From Octopus sinensis (taxonomy: Eukaryota): 64,000 nucleotides of DNA. Positions 1-11,815 of the stretch are shown here, in pieces. Position numbers and translations under genes: made by a program. The notes beneath the pieces were generated by a model. The model was not told where the DNA came from, searched no databases, and worked only from the letters and a program-made list of their open reading frames with translations. Numbering within the stretch: position 1 is the first letter of the stretch; every line of letters starts with the position of its first letter. Location of the stretch: the NCBI RefSeq assembly GCF_006345805.1, contig NC_043002.1:93620001-93684000 (forward strand), in the 5' to 3' direction.

Positions 1-79
1 TCATTGTGTGTCTGACCCCAATCAGGCTGTATTGTCCCCCTCTATGTTTGGGCCCTTGTGGCTAATAAAGAAATTGGAT

Positions 80-545
80 GATAGCTAGTCATAGGAATTC
101 TTTGAGCACTGATGATTTTAGACAGTTCTGCAAAAAGATGGGATTCAAATTGTCTACCCTGAACTGTGGTAATAGTGGTAGGAACACTGTTGCATGAAAT
201 CCAGCCCACAACAAGGCCTTGCGCTACTGACTCAGCATAAATATCACTTAATGGTACAGCATCAGGCCAATGTGAAAATCAATCAATATAAGTCAGGATT
301 TAAGAAAATCCCTCACTGACAGGCCAGGTTCTAACAGATCAATGTGAATATGGCAAAAATGAGTGTCAGGAGTACTAAAAGTGCCAAGGGGTGCACAAAT
401 GTGTTTATGTACCTTTGATCTCTGGCGCTGAAGACAAAATTGAAACCACTCAGTACTTTCACGCATCATATTAGGCCAGAAGAATATAGCTGAAATGAGC
501 TTTACTGGGGCAGCGGTGTCAGGATGTGACAGAGTGTGCATAATA
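80..545 (-). mobile_element. Degenerate Ty3/Gypsy integrase fragment
   Basis: Minus-strand ORF 293-541 reads ..CLQRQRSKVHKHICAPLGTFSTPDTHFCHIHIDLL.., the zinc-binding/rve-start region of Gypsy integrases; QGRQFES-like segment near 130-170; frameshifted. Confidence 0.7.
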
Positions 546-1007
546 AATTAAAATCCTATAACAATTTGATTTCCGATAATAACATAATTGTATATCCTTT
601 TTAAGGGAAGTAACTCTAAACTTTTTTATTTAATGGTTATTTAACGTCCTCCAACTTCATAGGTACTGAATGCAGGTTGCATTCGTCACCGTAAAAAGAT
701 AAACCTGATTATTAAGAGAGCCCTGGCCAGGGGAACGTTCTCTCAGTTGTGGAGTCAGTGATTTATCCCAAGTTATCAATGCTTCTCAAGAACAAAAGGA
801 TGTGGTACATCAGTAGATACGTTACATAATATTTCTTTATCAGCAGTTAATAGCGGCAGGTACTTGAACTTGCATGTAGCAAAAGCTGCAGATGAAATGT
901 CCAGCGAGTCCAGTGGAGGTTGATCAGAGGATAAATTAGTGAAGTTGATTGCTGCAGTACACGACAAAGAATTTATAGGCAGAGGAGACAATGCAAAAAA
1001 ACTGAGA

Positions 1008-2845
1008 TATCTATAATATAAATCCTGTTCTGTGTGTGTGTGTAAAAGATTATAATGGCTGTATTTTTCAACTGATTTTCTTCAAACTGGGAATATACAT
1101 TACTTATGTTCCAGGGATGGTTTTAGACCCTTAAAATTTTTCATATGTGTAACAGGCCCCTCCCCCTGGGGGGAAGGAAACACCCATTCCTGGGTAACAT
1201 GGAGAAGGGAGGTATGATTCTGTTCGGGTGAACCAGACGCAAACATCATCACAGGTAACTTTCAGAAACTGATTGTCTCCCTTACATCCATTGGTCAAAA
1301 ATTGATCAAATCTTATCTAATATATAAACAGAACGGGATTTATATTATAGATTCATGTCTGTGATAGTTTAAAAAAATATTTACTTCCAATTTTCTATTG
1401 TCAGTGACGTCTATATCTCTCTATCCATCTGTCTCTATCTCTCTACCCATCTCTATCTCTATTTATCTCTCTGTATCTATCTGTCTAACTAGCTCTCTCT
1501 CTCTCCCCCTTTCTCTATATCTCACTCACTCTCTATTGTTTTCACTGTAAGTTTTCAATTGCTATTTACAAATAACAATGACAAATTACTGGACAGAAAG
1601 ACATTCACAATTACTGATGAAAGTAATTTCATACATAATTTACTGACAGAAGTAACTTCATAAATTTCACTAAAATCCATACACTTACTTAATTTCCCTA
1701 AAAATTTCTTATTTACTTTTGCAATGGTTTTGTGTTTTTCTGGTTCCTTCAATACTGTCTCTTTGGTTCACTAAGTGACAAATTTCACTTCAACCCATAC
1801 AATTTTTTATTTTCCATAAAAATTTCTTATTTACTTTCTGCCCGTTGTATTAAGAAATATAATTTCCTTTAACCAGTTATTTTCATTGTTTAGTACATTC
1901 TGCCCCCGTGTATTTCTGTATAGGTACATAACCATGCCTAGAAGGAAAGTGTCAAATTTGTCTATAATGTCAAGGTCAGCCAAAGGAATGTCTCTGTCCC
2001 GAGAAAGAGAGACAACTGCAGAAAAGGAAGCATACCAAGAAACGAACAGACTGTGCACTACAAAAGCCAGAGCATCTTAAAGTGATGAACTGATGTATGC
2101 ATGGCTGACAAAGAATAGGATCTCCACTGCAGAGCGAAGAGCAGTTGCAACATCTCAGAGAAGTAACTTCTATGAAGCAGCTTTCGATTATGATCCAGCA
2201 GTTCATTATGCAAATGATACTAAAGTTTCCATTGGTGCAATAACAACTGAGTGCATACAATGTAAAGCAAGGAAGTGGCCTGGAGAGACACCTGCACTGT
2301 GCTACAGTGGTTGAAAGGTTAAACTCCCCGCAATCCCCCAACATCCAGAGCCATTGGAGAAACTGTTGTCGTCAACTGACCAAAATTTCAAGCGCTTCCA
2401 TAACCAAATTAGACAGGCGCAGGAGTGGCTGTGTGGTAAGTAGCTTGCTTACCAACCACATGGTTCCAGGTTCGGTCCCACTGCGTGACACCTTGGGCAA
2501 GTGTCTTCTGCTATAGCCCCGGGCCAACCAATGCCTTGTGAGTAGATTTGGTAGACGGAAACTGAAAGAAGCCCGTCGTATATATGTATATATATATATG
2601 CGTGTGTGTGTTTGTGTGTCTGTGTTTGTCCCCCTAGCATTGCCTGACAACCGATGCTGGTGTGTTTATGTCCCCGTTACTTAGCGGTTCGGCAAAAGAG
2701 ACCGATAGAATAAGTACTGGGCTTACAAAAGAATAAGTCCCGGGGTCGAGTTGCTCGATTAAAGGCGGTGCTCCAGCATGGCTGCAGTCAAATGACAGAA
2801 ACAAGTAAAAAAAAAAAAGAGTAAAAAAGTAATACATCGCTGCAT
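1008..2845 (+). mobile_element. Helitron relic: TC-type 5' ends and RepHel N-terminus, interrupted by a SINE
   Basis: A|TCTATAATATAAA-type 5' ends near 1010 and 1316; MPRRKVSNLS..RERETTAEKE (1934-2080) and CIQCKARKWPGETPALC..KVKLPAIPQHPEPLEKLL (2245-2370) match the Helitron N-terminal zinc-binding region; stops and frameshifts present. Confidence 0.7.
2416..2829 (+). mobile_element. tRNA-derived SINE, family A (CORE-like)
   Basis: A box TGGCTGTGTGG, B box GGTTCGGTCCC, CORE-like CCTTGGGCAAGTG, internal (TA)n(TG)n, GTAAAAGA-type tail; more than 10 copies in the window; inserted into the Helitron codon CA|A. Confidence 0.85.
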
Positions 2846-2849
2846 TTGA

Positions 2850-3170
2850 CAGAGATAGTAGTGAGCCAATCCAATGATAAATCTGACCTTGGATCTTGGA
2901 AGTTTGCATGAATCCTGCTTCAGTTAAATCTCGCGTGGCTCCAAATGTTGTCATCTGTAGTGTAGTGATGTATTGTCTAATTTTATTTTAGAAGAGCTTG
3001 GAATTTTGGCCAATTGATGACTACAGTTTCTTCAATGGTTCTGGAGGTTGGGGTATTGTGAGTTTAACCTTTCCACTATTGCAGCACAGTGCAGGTGTCT
3101 CTCCAGGTCACTTCCTTGCTTTACAATGTATGCATTCAGTTGTCATTGCACCAATGGAAACTCTAGTGTT
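2850..3170 (-). mobile_element. Second Helitron N-terminal fragment, inverted relative to the first
   Basis: Minus strand reads AMTTECIHCKARK*PGETPALC and MTTFGAT..FMQTSKIQGQIYHWIGSLL, the Helitron MTSFGA/QGQVYHRIGSLL motifs. Confidence 0.75.
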
Positions 3171-3179
3171 GTATAAAAT

Positions 3180-4700
3180 CGAGATGTCGAGTTTCCCTCA
3201 GTCAATATTTTTCTGGCTTCAATCGTAAGGCAAAAGAGGCTTACGATCATTATTGATCATAAAATTTCTTCCCTTGAGAATATGCTGAAAATGTTTTATG
3301 GCAAGGTAAATGGCAAAGAGCTCGCGTCCAAAAGTACTGTATTGTGTCTCGGCAGGTTTCAACTTCCAAGAGAAAAATGCAAGAGGTTATAACTGTCCTA
3401 AATGAAACTTTTGGAAAACTGCACCAACAGCTGTGTCTGATGCATCAACCACAAACTTTGCATCAGAGACAAGGTGCAATAAGAGGGACACTTTAGCAAA
3501 TTCATCTTGTGTAGAATTAAAAGATTTCAACTGGTTCGAAGTTAATACAATATCCTTGTTTTTCTTTTGATGATTCTTTGACACTTCAGTAAGAGGAGAT
3601 AGAAGCTCTGCACAGTGAGGAATAAAGTATCGTTAAAATTCAAAAGGGTAAAGAAATGACACAGAGAAGGAGGAGGAGGAAGGTCTTCAATATTCTGAAC
3701 TCAGGAAGAGGTTGAATGCCTTCACTCTCAATAATGTGACCCAGAAACACAATGGACATGCTCTTCAGAAGAAGATCAATATAAGCATAGATGAAACCTA
3801 GTCCATGAATGACTTCATCTATGAACCGCTGAAATGTGCTGGTAGCATTCCTGAGGCCAAATGGTATGGTTAAGAATTAAAATGAGCCAAATGGTGTAGT
3901 TATTGCAGTTTTCGGAACATCTTCTGGGTTGACTGGAATGTTATGATACACTCGCACCAAATCATGCTTAGAAAATCCCGTACATTCATGTAAAGAAGAT
4001 GAAAAATCATAAGAATTAGGAATAGGGTATCTATCAGGTACTGTCATGGACTTTAACCTAAAATCTCCAGAACCTTTAGGGACCATCTGCAAAGGAGAGG
4101 CCCAAGGGCTTGCAGAAGGACAAATGCCTCCAAGCTGTAACATATGGTCAAACTCAGCCTTTGCTGCCTTGAATTTATCCAGAGGAAGACGATGCAGTCA
4201 TGAAAAAGTGGTGCACCACTCTTGGAAATAAAATGTCTCATTGAATGAGTAGGACTATTCACATTGAAGTTCAAATTAGTAAGCTCTGGGAAAGAGTTCA
4301 AAAGGGAATGGTATATGTGTCTTGGTACATTGATAAAAATTGTTGGGCTAACAACTGGAGTATTCAAATTCTTTCCAACAATTTAAAGATCAGTAGTTCC
4401 ATCCAAAAGGCATTGCTTACGTACATCCACTAATAGTGAATAGTGGTGGAGAAAATCTTCCCCCAAGACTGGATAAGGCAGGTCAGCTACGATGAAGATC
4501 CATTTAAAATCATGACGTTAAGTTCAAATCTAAAGAAGGTGAGATCTGACCCAACATCTGAATGGGTGAATGGTTTACTGCCTGTAGGGTAATTTCGGAT
4601 AGAAGAGGTTTATCCTTCATGAACTTCACAGGCCAAATACTGCAAGATCCTCCAGAATCAGACATTTCTTCGGATTCCTAGGTTTTATTTAGATATCGGA
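3180..4700 (-). mobile_element. Degenerate Ty3/Gypsy pol (protease-RT-RNase H)
   Basis: Protease-like FIVADLPYPVLGEDFL; [34 protein letters not shown]; RNase H VDASDTAVGAV and YSTFGRELFAIYLAIKHF; many frameshifts; no LTRs recognised. Confidence 0.85.
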
Positions 4701-4859
4701 GACTATGAATATGCAAATTTAAAAAAAAATGTTAAAGGTGCACTTGTAAAAATTAGAGATTTAACCAAAATTGATTCGAAAATAGGGTATTGTTATCGCC
4801 ACACACACACATACATATCTACACATGTATATATATATATATATACACACACACGTTTA

Positions 4860-5036
4860 GGCGCAGGAGTGGCTGTGTGGTAAGTAGCTTGTTTACCAAC
4901 CACATGGTTCCGGGTTCAGTCCCACTGCGTGGCACCTTGGGCAAGTGTCTTCTACTATAGCCTCGGGCCAACCAAAGCCTTGTGAGTGGATTTGGTAGAC
5001 GGAAACTGAAAAGAAGCCCGTCGTGTATATATATAC

Positions 5037-5091
<55 letters not shown>

Positions 5092-5293
5092 TGTGTGTGT
5101 CTGTGTTTGTCCCCCTAGCACTGCTTGACAACCGATGCTGGTGTGTTTATGTCCCCGTTACTTAGCGGTTCGGCAAAAGAGACTGATAGAATAAGTACTG
5201 GGCTTAAAAAAGAATAAGTCTCAGGGTCGAGTTGCTCGATTAAAGGCGGTGCTCCAGCATGGCCACAGTCAAATGACTGAAACAAGTAAAGAG
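4860..5293 (+). mobile_element. tRNA-derived SINE family A, full length
   Basis: Same head, CORE-like segment, microsatellite and tail as 2416-2829. Confidence 0.85.
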
Positions 5294-5722
5294 AGTTTTC
5301 TCACCATCGACACTCTTATACACAAAAGATGTAAAAATACCGTATGGGTATGTTTTGTTCAACAAAGACGGTGCAGTGTGACTAGGGAGATTTGGCTGTT
5401 ATTTCTAAAAGGATGAGTGCTAGTATTGATTCTCGTGTAAAAATTTTCTTTGTGTAATTGGAGCAGACTTCTGCCCCCCACCCCCAAACCACCCTTAAAA
5501 AAAATTTTTTTTTGACACAGACCCCGCTTTTCGGCTACGGGGAATATGAATCTGTAAAAAAATTGGAAAAATTTGGCATTTTTTAATTACCACCCAACAC
5601 CCCCATTTCCTTCATTTTTTACTTTTTTTCAGAAATTTTTGTAAAATTTTTTTTTGTAAATATGCAGATTAATATAGACATTATGATTCAGACAAAAATT
5701 TCAAAACATTTCTGTAGTTTTG

Positions 5723-6499
5723 GTTAGTTAGTTAGTTAGTTAATTTAGCTCAAAAGCAAATAGCAAGGCCATGTAGGGGGACATGGAGTTAAGTACAGGG
5801 TGGTGTTCATGTAAAGAGTTCAGGCCACTTGAGGTCCAGGGAGGCTTTGAACAAAGCGGTCGTCGGCATCTTCACCATCTCATCTGGCAGCTTGTTCCAC
5901 GGATCCGCAACCCGGATGGAGAAAGCTCCTCTCCTTCGATTGAGATGAAATCGTCGCAGGTAGAGCTTTTCGGAATGACCCCGCAGCCGACGCTCCGGAG
6001 CAGGAGTGAAGAACAGCTCTTTCGAGAGGTTACACTTCCCGCTTATGATGTTGTGGGCGAGAATGAGATCACCACGGCGGCGGCGTTTTTCAAGAGAATA
6101 AAGGTCGAGCGTCCTCAGCCTTTCTTCGTAGGACAAATTTTTGAGACCATGAACCAGGCGGGTAGCCAGCCTCTGGACTCTTTCGAGGTGCTGTATGTCT
6201 TTGAGGAGGTAAGGAGAAGAGGCTTGAATCCCATACTCCAATATGGGTCTCACCAGCGTGACATAGAGTGGCAGGAATATGGCTGCTGTGAGCACTCCGA
6301 ATGACCGTCGAATCAAAAACAGAATTCCGCGCGCTTTGTTGGCAGCATGGACGCACTGGGTCGAAGGCGAAAAGGAGGAATCCACCAAGATACCCAGGTC
6401 CTTTACCTGATCGGTCCTCTCCAGCAGCAGACGACCCGGCTCGAAATCAAGTTGAGTTGCAGGAGTAGAGCCGACAGGCAGATGACAGCACTTTGACAC
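5723..6499 (-). mobile_element. 5'-truncated CR1-clade LINE (RT C-terminus and 3' tail)
   Basis: Uninterrupted 230-aa ORF 5807-6499: VKDLGILVD..LYVTLVRPILEY..LERVQRLATR..SYEERLRTLDLYSLEKRRRRGDLI..RVADPWNKLP; short 3' UTR ending in (TAAC)n at 5723-5742. Confidence 0.9.
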
Positions 6500-7849
6500 G
6501 TTCAGACACAGGTCCCAATCGTTAGACCACTTCCAAATAGGGTATTAGGGTTAGGATTTTAGGGTTAAGGTTAGTGTTGGGGAAAAAGTCAAAATTGAAG
6601 AATTGGAGGATTTTTGGCAATTTTCCAGAACCTCCGTATCTTAAAACGGGGGTGGGGGTTGGGTTGGAAAAAAAATTGGGAGAAAATAGGGAGACAGGGA
6701 CGGACGGAAGTCTTTCCGAAATTTCCGTCAAATTCCGTCTGTCTCTTCACACACACTAACAGAAGCACTTCACTTACACAACATACTGTCTGTCTCCCAC
6801 ACCCCATCAAACACACACACGCGCGCTCACACACACACATGTACATCAATGCTTCGGTAACTTCAAAAGAAATTCCCTCGTCATAAAATCGCTTCCTCTT
6901 AGTCTCTTTCGCTCTCATTACTTCAAATGTTCCCGCAAGCCCATATGTAAAAAAATAAAAGTTTTTTACGGAAATCATCGACGGAAACGTGCTACTACAA
7001 ACGAAAGATCGCCTCAGTTTTACTTACTACTACAATTAATAGAGTCTCTGGATTGGAGCTGAATCCATTCCACAACACAAAGTAGATACAGATCTCGCTG
7101 GAGAGGCCGATTTCAGTAAAGCGAATAAAAACGATATAATTAAGCCTCGTAGCTGCTTAAAAGAAACTAATGTCATGTGAAACAATGGGCACAAGATTTC
7201 ACATAATGACTGGGAAAGCAAAACAGTAATTTCCCATGTTCTTGATGAAGCTGACAGAATGAGGGTCTTGTAATACATTGTTAACAGTTCAACGTCTTCT
7301 CAGAAACTGGCTGAACTTTTTTAGTTTTTAGATGTTCTTTTAGAATTGTTGTTTGAATTTGCGCAACGTTAACTTTTAACTGTTAGCGTCTGTCCCAAAC
7401 AACTAATTCGTGCTACAGTAAAAAAAATTAATTTATTATGTCTTGCTACACTTACCTCATAAAAATTATTTAAAATAAAATTGTACATTATTGTTCAATT
7501 GTATTTATTATGCGACAATGTTGATTACTTCAAGTCTGCGAGTAAAGCGGAAAGAAGCTCACAAAAAAAAACTTTCAATTCCTAATTTTTAAGCATACAA
7601 TAATTATTACTATACAACTACACAAAAAAACTATTAATAGCAATGCTTACCTCATAAAAATTATTTGAAATAAAATTGTATATTGATGTATTGTAAATTA
7701 TATATAATTACTTTTAATAAGTGTGCAGAATAATTAATATCATACTTGAAGAGTGGTCTATTATTGAGAGGGAGAATTTCGTTTCGCTTTCACAATCTCG
7801 ATTGTTTGTTTATTTACTTTGATCAGTGTCCTGTTAATCCGGCGACAGA

Positions 7850-8364
7850 ATGTATCGTCAGATTTCTGTTGTTTTTCGATATTTCATCGTAACCTTCTTA
7901 GTAGCCGAACTTATACTATTCAATTGTGCTTTATTCTATGCATATTTTATGATCAAAGGAGCTCTGACGTCTTTCAGCAATACAAACGGAGGATTTATTG
8001 ATAAAATATCAACAAACCCATCAATAAAATCATTACTGGAGGCTGGCAAGGATGGAGGTCTTTCAAAATTGCTTGAAGAAACAGTCGAACGGGTATTTTT
8101 AATTACTTACCCGAAAAACGAGCAAGATGATATGCCAAAGTTAACATTCTTAGGTGTTGATATGTCAAATGCCGGCGAATTTGGGTTCATCTATCGCCGT
8201 ATACAAACTTCAAACTTTAAGCAGAGTCGTCTCGTTATTGACATCGGCGCCAACGATGGTCTTATTTCTAGTAACTCTTTCAATTTGATACAACTCGGCT
8301 GGAATGCTATCCTTGTCGAACCAGTGCCTTCTCAGATGGATTTAGCCAAAAGCAACACTCGCAG
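7850..8364 (+). CDS. Exon 1 of FkbM/Methyltransf_21-type SAM-dependent methyltransferase (predicted type II membrane protein)
   Basis: ATG at 7850; hydrophobic segment VVFRYFIVTFLVAELILFNCALFYAYFMI; SAM-binding motif I VIDIGANDG and ILVEP; donor CGCAG|GTTATG at 8364/8365, phase 2. Confidence 0.9.
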
Positions 8365-8565
8365 GTTATGACAAAATGCTTTTCTTTTTCTTTTTTTTTT
8401 GAAAGATGTTTTATAATGCGCATTATTTGTACATCCATATTTCTCAACCTTTTTATTCTTGCGTAACTCTTAAATTACATGTCTCGTGGAACCCCTGCAC
8501 ACACGCAAAAAAAAATTGTATACTATATCTTTCTTATTTTTCCCACAGTAGTTCATATGGTAGAT

Positions 8566-8600
<35 letters not shown>

Positions 8601-8602
<2 letters not shown>

Positions 8603-8990
8603 CTCTTTTCTCTTTTACTTGTTTCAGTCATTCGACCGCCTTTTAGTCGAGCAAATCGACCCCGGGACTTATTCTTTGTAAGCCCAGTACTTATTCTATC
8701 GGCCTCTTTTGCCGAACCGCTAAGTGACGGGGACGTAAACACACCAGCATCAGTTGTCAAGCAATGCTAGGGGGACAAACACAGACACACAAACATACAC
8801 ACACTTATATACATATATACATATATACGACAGGCTTCTTTCAGTTTCCGTCTACCAAATCCACTCACAAGGCTTTGGTCAGCCCGGGGCTATAGCAGAA
8901 GACACTTGCCCAAGATGCCACGTAGTGGGACTGAACCCGGAACCATGTGGTTGGTTAGCAAGCTACTTACCACACAGCCACTCCTGCGCC
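8601..8990 (-). mobile_element. tRNA-derived SINE family A
   Basis: Reverse complement of the family A consensus, head at 8990. Confidence 0.85.
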
Positions 8991-9010
8991 TATATATATG
9001 TATAAATATA

Positions 9011-9058
<48 letters not shown>

Positions 9059-9062
<4 letters not shown>

Positions 9063-9320
9063 GAGTCGCAATGGCCCAGTGGTTAGGTTCGCTGACTCGC
9101 GGTTTCGATTCGTTGTGAGTGTTTATTGGGCGAAAACACCTAAAGCTCCACAAGGCTCCGGCAGGGGGTGGTGGCGATCCCTGCTGTACTCTTTCGCCAC
9201 AACTTACTCTCACTCCTTCTTCTGTTGGCCTGCTCGCTTTGAAGGCTAAAAACAATGCGAAGCGCATTGTGACCAGCGATGTGTAGCAAATCTGATAGTC
9301 TGGTCGGTCATGGTGATATA
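9059..9320 (+). mobile_element. tRNA-derived SINE family C
   Basis: A box TGGCCCAGTGG, partly deleted B-box region; body homologous to 63438-63670. Confidence 0.7.
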
Positions 9321-9632
9321 TATATATAGGCATACAATCGATCATCGCCTATATATATATAGAAGAGGTAAGGATAATGTACCGAGTTCCAGATACGGAG
9401 ATTATGATTTACTCTTTTACTTGTTTCAGTTATTTGACTGTGGCCACGCTGGGGCAACGCATTTAGTCCAGAAAATCGACCCCAGGATTTATTCTTTGTA
9501 AGCCTAGTACTTATTCTATCGGTCTATTTTACCGAACCGTTAAGTTACGGAGACGTAAACACACCAGCATCGGTTGTCAAGCATTGTAGTGGTGGTGGGG
9601 TGCAAACACACACGCACACACACACACATAAT

Positions 9633-9830
9633 ACAATTGCAGCGTGGAAGGTGTTTATAAGCCATTTAAGAAACACACAAAACCGTTAGATTCACAACAT
9701 TTAAATTTAATTTGTCAAACTATCTTCGTGGCTTTGAGACGGTGACGTGTTTCTTAAATGGCTTATAAACACCTTCCACGCTCCAATTGTTTTCGTTCCA
9801 GCACACGATCTCAGGTCAAGTCACTCGCCC
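9633..9830. repeat. Inverted repeat (44-bp arms 9633-9676 / 9747-9790) of the repeat family also at 55330-55525 and 39690-39740
   Basis: ACAATTGCAGCGTGGAAGGTGTTTATAAGCCATTTAAGAAACAC and its reverse complement, one mismatch. Confidence 0.85.
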
Positions 9831-9834
9831 AAGT

Positions 9835-10849
9835 TGACTGCTGAGGACATGCGTAAGCTCATGAGGAATGAAGCCAGTATGCTCCGATGGATGTGTAATG
9901 TCAGTGTGCATACTCGACAGAGTGTTAGTACCTTGAGAAAAAGTTGGACCTAAGAAGCATCAGCTGTGGTGTGCAAGAGAGATGATTGCGCTGGTATGGT
10001 CATGTGGCGAGAATGGATGAAGATAGGTGTGTGAAAAAGTGCCAATTCCTAGCAGTTGAGGGAACCTGTGGAAGAGGTAGACCCAGGAAAACCTGGGACG
10101 AGGTGGTGAAGCACGACCTTCGAACTTTTGGCCTCACCGAGGCAATGACTAGTGACCGAGACCTTTGGAAATATGCTGTGTGTGAGAAGACCCGGCAGGA
10201 CAAGTGAGTCCATCCCGTGTCCTTTGCCAGGGATGTAACCAGCCCACTTATGCATGCCTTTCCTTCTTTGGACACACGAAGACCTGTTGAGGCAAGCGAA
10301 GTCAAATTCGAAATTGAACCAATCCTATGACTGGTACCCGGCAGTCGCCAGGGCCGCTGGACTGACTCCTGTGCAGGTGGCAAGTGAAGAAACACTGTTT
10401 TGACCCTGTGCTTGAGGAGATCCATTGGGTCAAGGACACCAACATCAAAGATCAATGGAAACTGCAGTTGTGATCCCTGTGCCGGTGGCACGTAAAAAGC
10501 ACCATCCGAACGTGGCCAATGCCAGCGCTGCCTAGACTGGCTTCTGTGCCGGTGGCACGTAAAAAGCACCATCTGAACATGGCTGATGCCAGCGCCACCT
10601 TGACTGGCTTTCATGCCGGTGGCATGTAAAAAGCACCAATCCGATCGTGGCCATTGCCAGCCTCGCCTGGCACCTGTGCTGGTGGCACGTAAAAAGCACC
10701 CACTACACTCTCGGAGTGGTTGGTGTTAGAAAGGGCATCCAGCTATAGAAACACTGCCAGATCAGAACTGGAGCCTGGTGCAGCCTTCTGGCTTCCCAGA
10801 TCCCCGGTCGAACCGTCCAACCCATGCTAGCATGGAGAACGGACGTTAA
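9835..10849 (+). mobile_element. RTE LINE 3' fragment with long 3' UTR
   Basis: TAEDMRKLMRNEASMLRWMC..LRWYGHVARMDEDRCVKK..GRGRPRKTWDEVV; 3' UTR ends GGACGTTAA, with the (GAT)n tail displaced to 11074-11085 by a MITE. Confidence 0.9.
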
Positions 10850-11069
10850 CCCTTTCATTACCAGCCCGGCTGAAACCGGCTCTGGCTTTGAATACAAATG
10901 TCTTGTTTTCATAAGTTTTGAATTAAAATCTTCCACGAAACCTTAGTCACAATTTATGTTCCTAACACTAGCTTAATGATAACCAAGTAATTTTACTAAA
11001 TTCTTTGTTATATTTAAAGTAATTGAAAGAAACACAGAGCATCTCAAAATAGATACAGTAACGAAAGGG
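10850..11069. mobile_element. piggyBac-type MITE
   Basis: TTAA|CCCTTTCATTAC...GTAACGAAAGGG|TTAA; TTAA target duplication on both sides; second copy at 42593-42812. Confidence 0.85.
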
Positions 11070-11200
11070 TTAAATGATGATGATATATATATATATTGAT
11101 AAAAATGGTAAGACAACAAAAGAAAGAAAGAGACCTCGATATTATGTAAATAGAGGAATTTATCTGTAAATGTAATATGTAATAATTATTCGGTAGCCAT

Positions 11201-11261
11201 GATAAAACTCTGAGTTTCGGATGCTGAGGTGGAAATCCACGCTGCTATCTCTTCAGTTATC
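11201..11261 (-). ncRNA. Type I hammerhead ribozyme motif in one arm of a 224-bp palindrome (11165-11388)
   Basis: Minus strand: GATAA-CTGAAGA-stem II-GAAA-CTCAGAGT-T-TTATC; stem I GAUAA/UUAUC, palindromic stem III ACUC-A-GAGU, triplet GUU; base of stem II imperfect. Confidence 0.6.
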
Positions 11262-11775
11262 TAGCCATTGGAAAAATTTTTCCAATGGCTGGATATCAGA
11301 TGAGATGGCGACGTGGATTTCCACCTCAGCATCCGAAACTCAGAGTTTTATCATGGCTACCGCATAATTGTCACATATTACATTTACATATATATATATA
11401 TTAGCAGTATTGCCCAGCAATAGGTTTGTTTGTTTCGACCCTTTAGAATTGGAATTTTTGAAAAGGAAAAATTTTGCATTATGTAGCTTGCTATTCTCTT
11501 TAAGTGAGCAATATTCTGGTTGAAATACACTGAAAAATGGCGACACAGCAGTCAAAACATCATAAAAAATAGGGATTTTCATAGAAAAAATGCACCTTTT
11601 TGATGTAAATAATTTTTGGTCTTAACATGGCCTGATTTGAATTTTATCTTCTACGGAATGAAGAGGAAGCCTTCTTCTATCATACTGTCAATTTTGGTCA
11701 ACTTGCACCGCAGGGTCTCGGAAGAGATAGTGTTAGTTGAAGGCTACCAAACCTGCCACACACAGACAACTTCAG

Positions 11776-11815
<40 letters not shown>

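Noticed and set aside
780-1000. Short acidic reading frame (EDKLVKLIAAVHDKEFIG..)
   Set aside because: Interrupted by stops and not assignable to a family by eye; probably a transposon relic.
5783-6304. 173-aa plus-strand ORF
   Set aside because: Antisense shadow of the CR1 RT ORF; the same applies to plus-strand ORFs over the RTE elements.
10479-10700. CRISPR-like repeat-spacer array (25-bp palindromic repeat, about 40-nt spacers)
   Set aside because: Spacers are homologous to each other, the array lies in an RTE LINE 3' UTR in eukaryotic DNA, and no cas genes are present.
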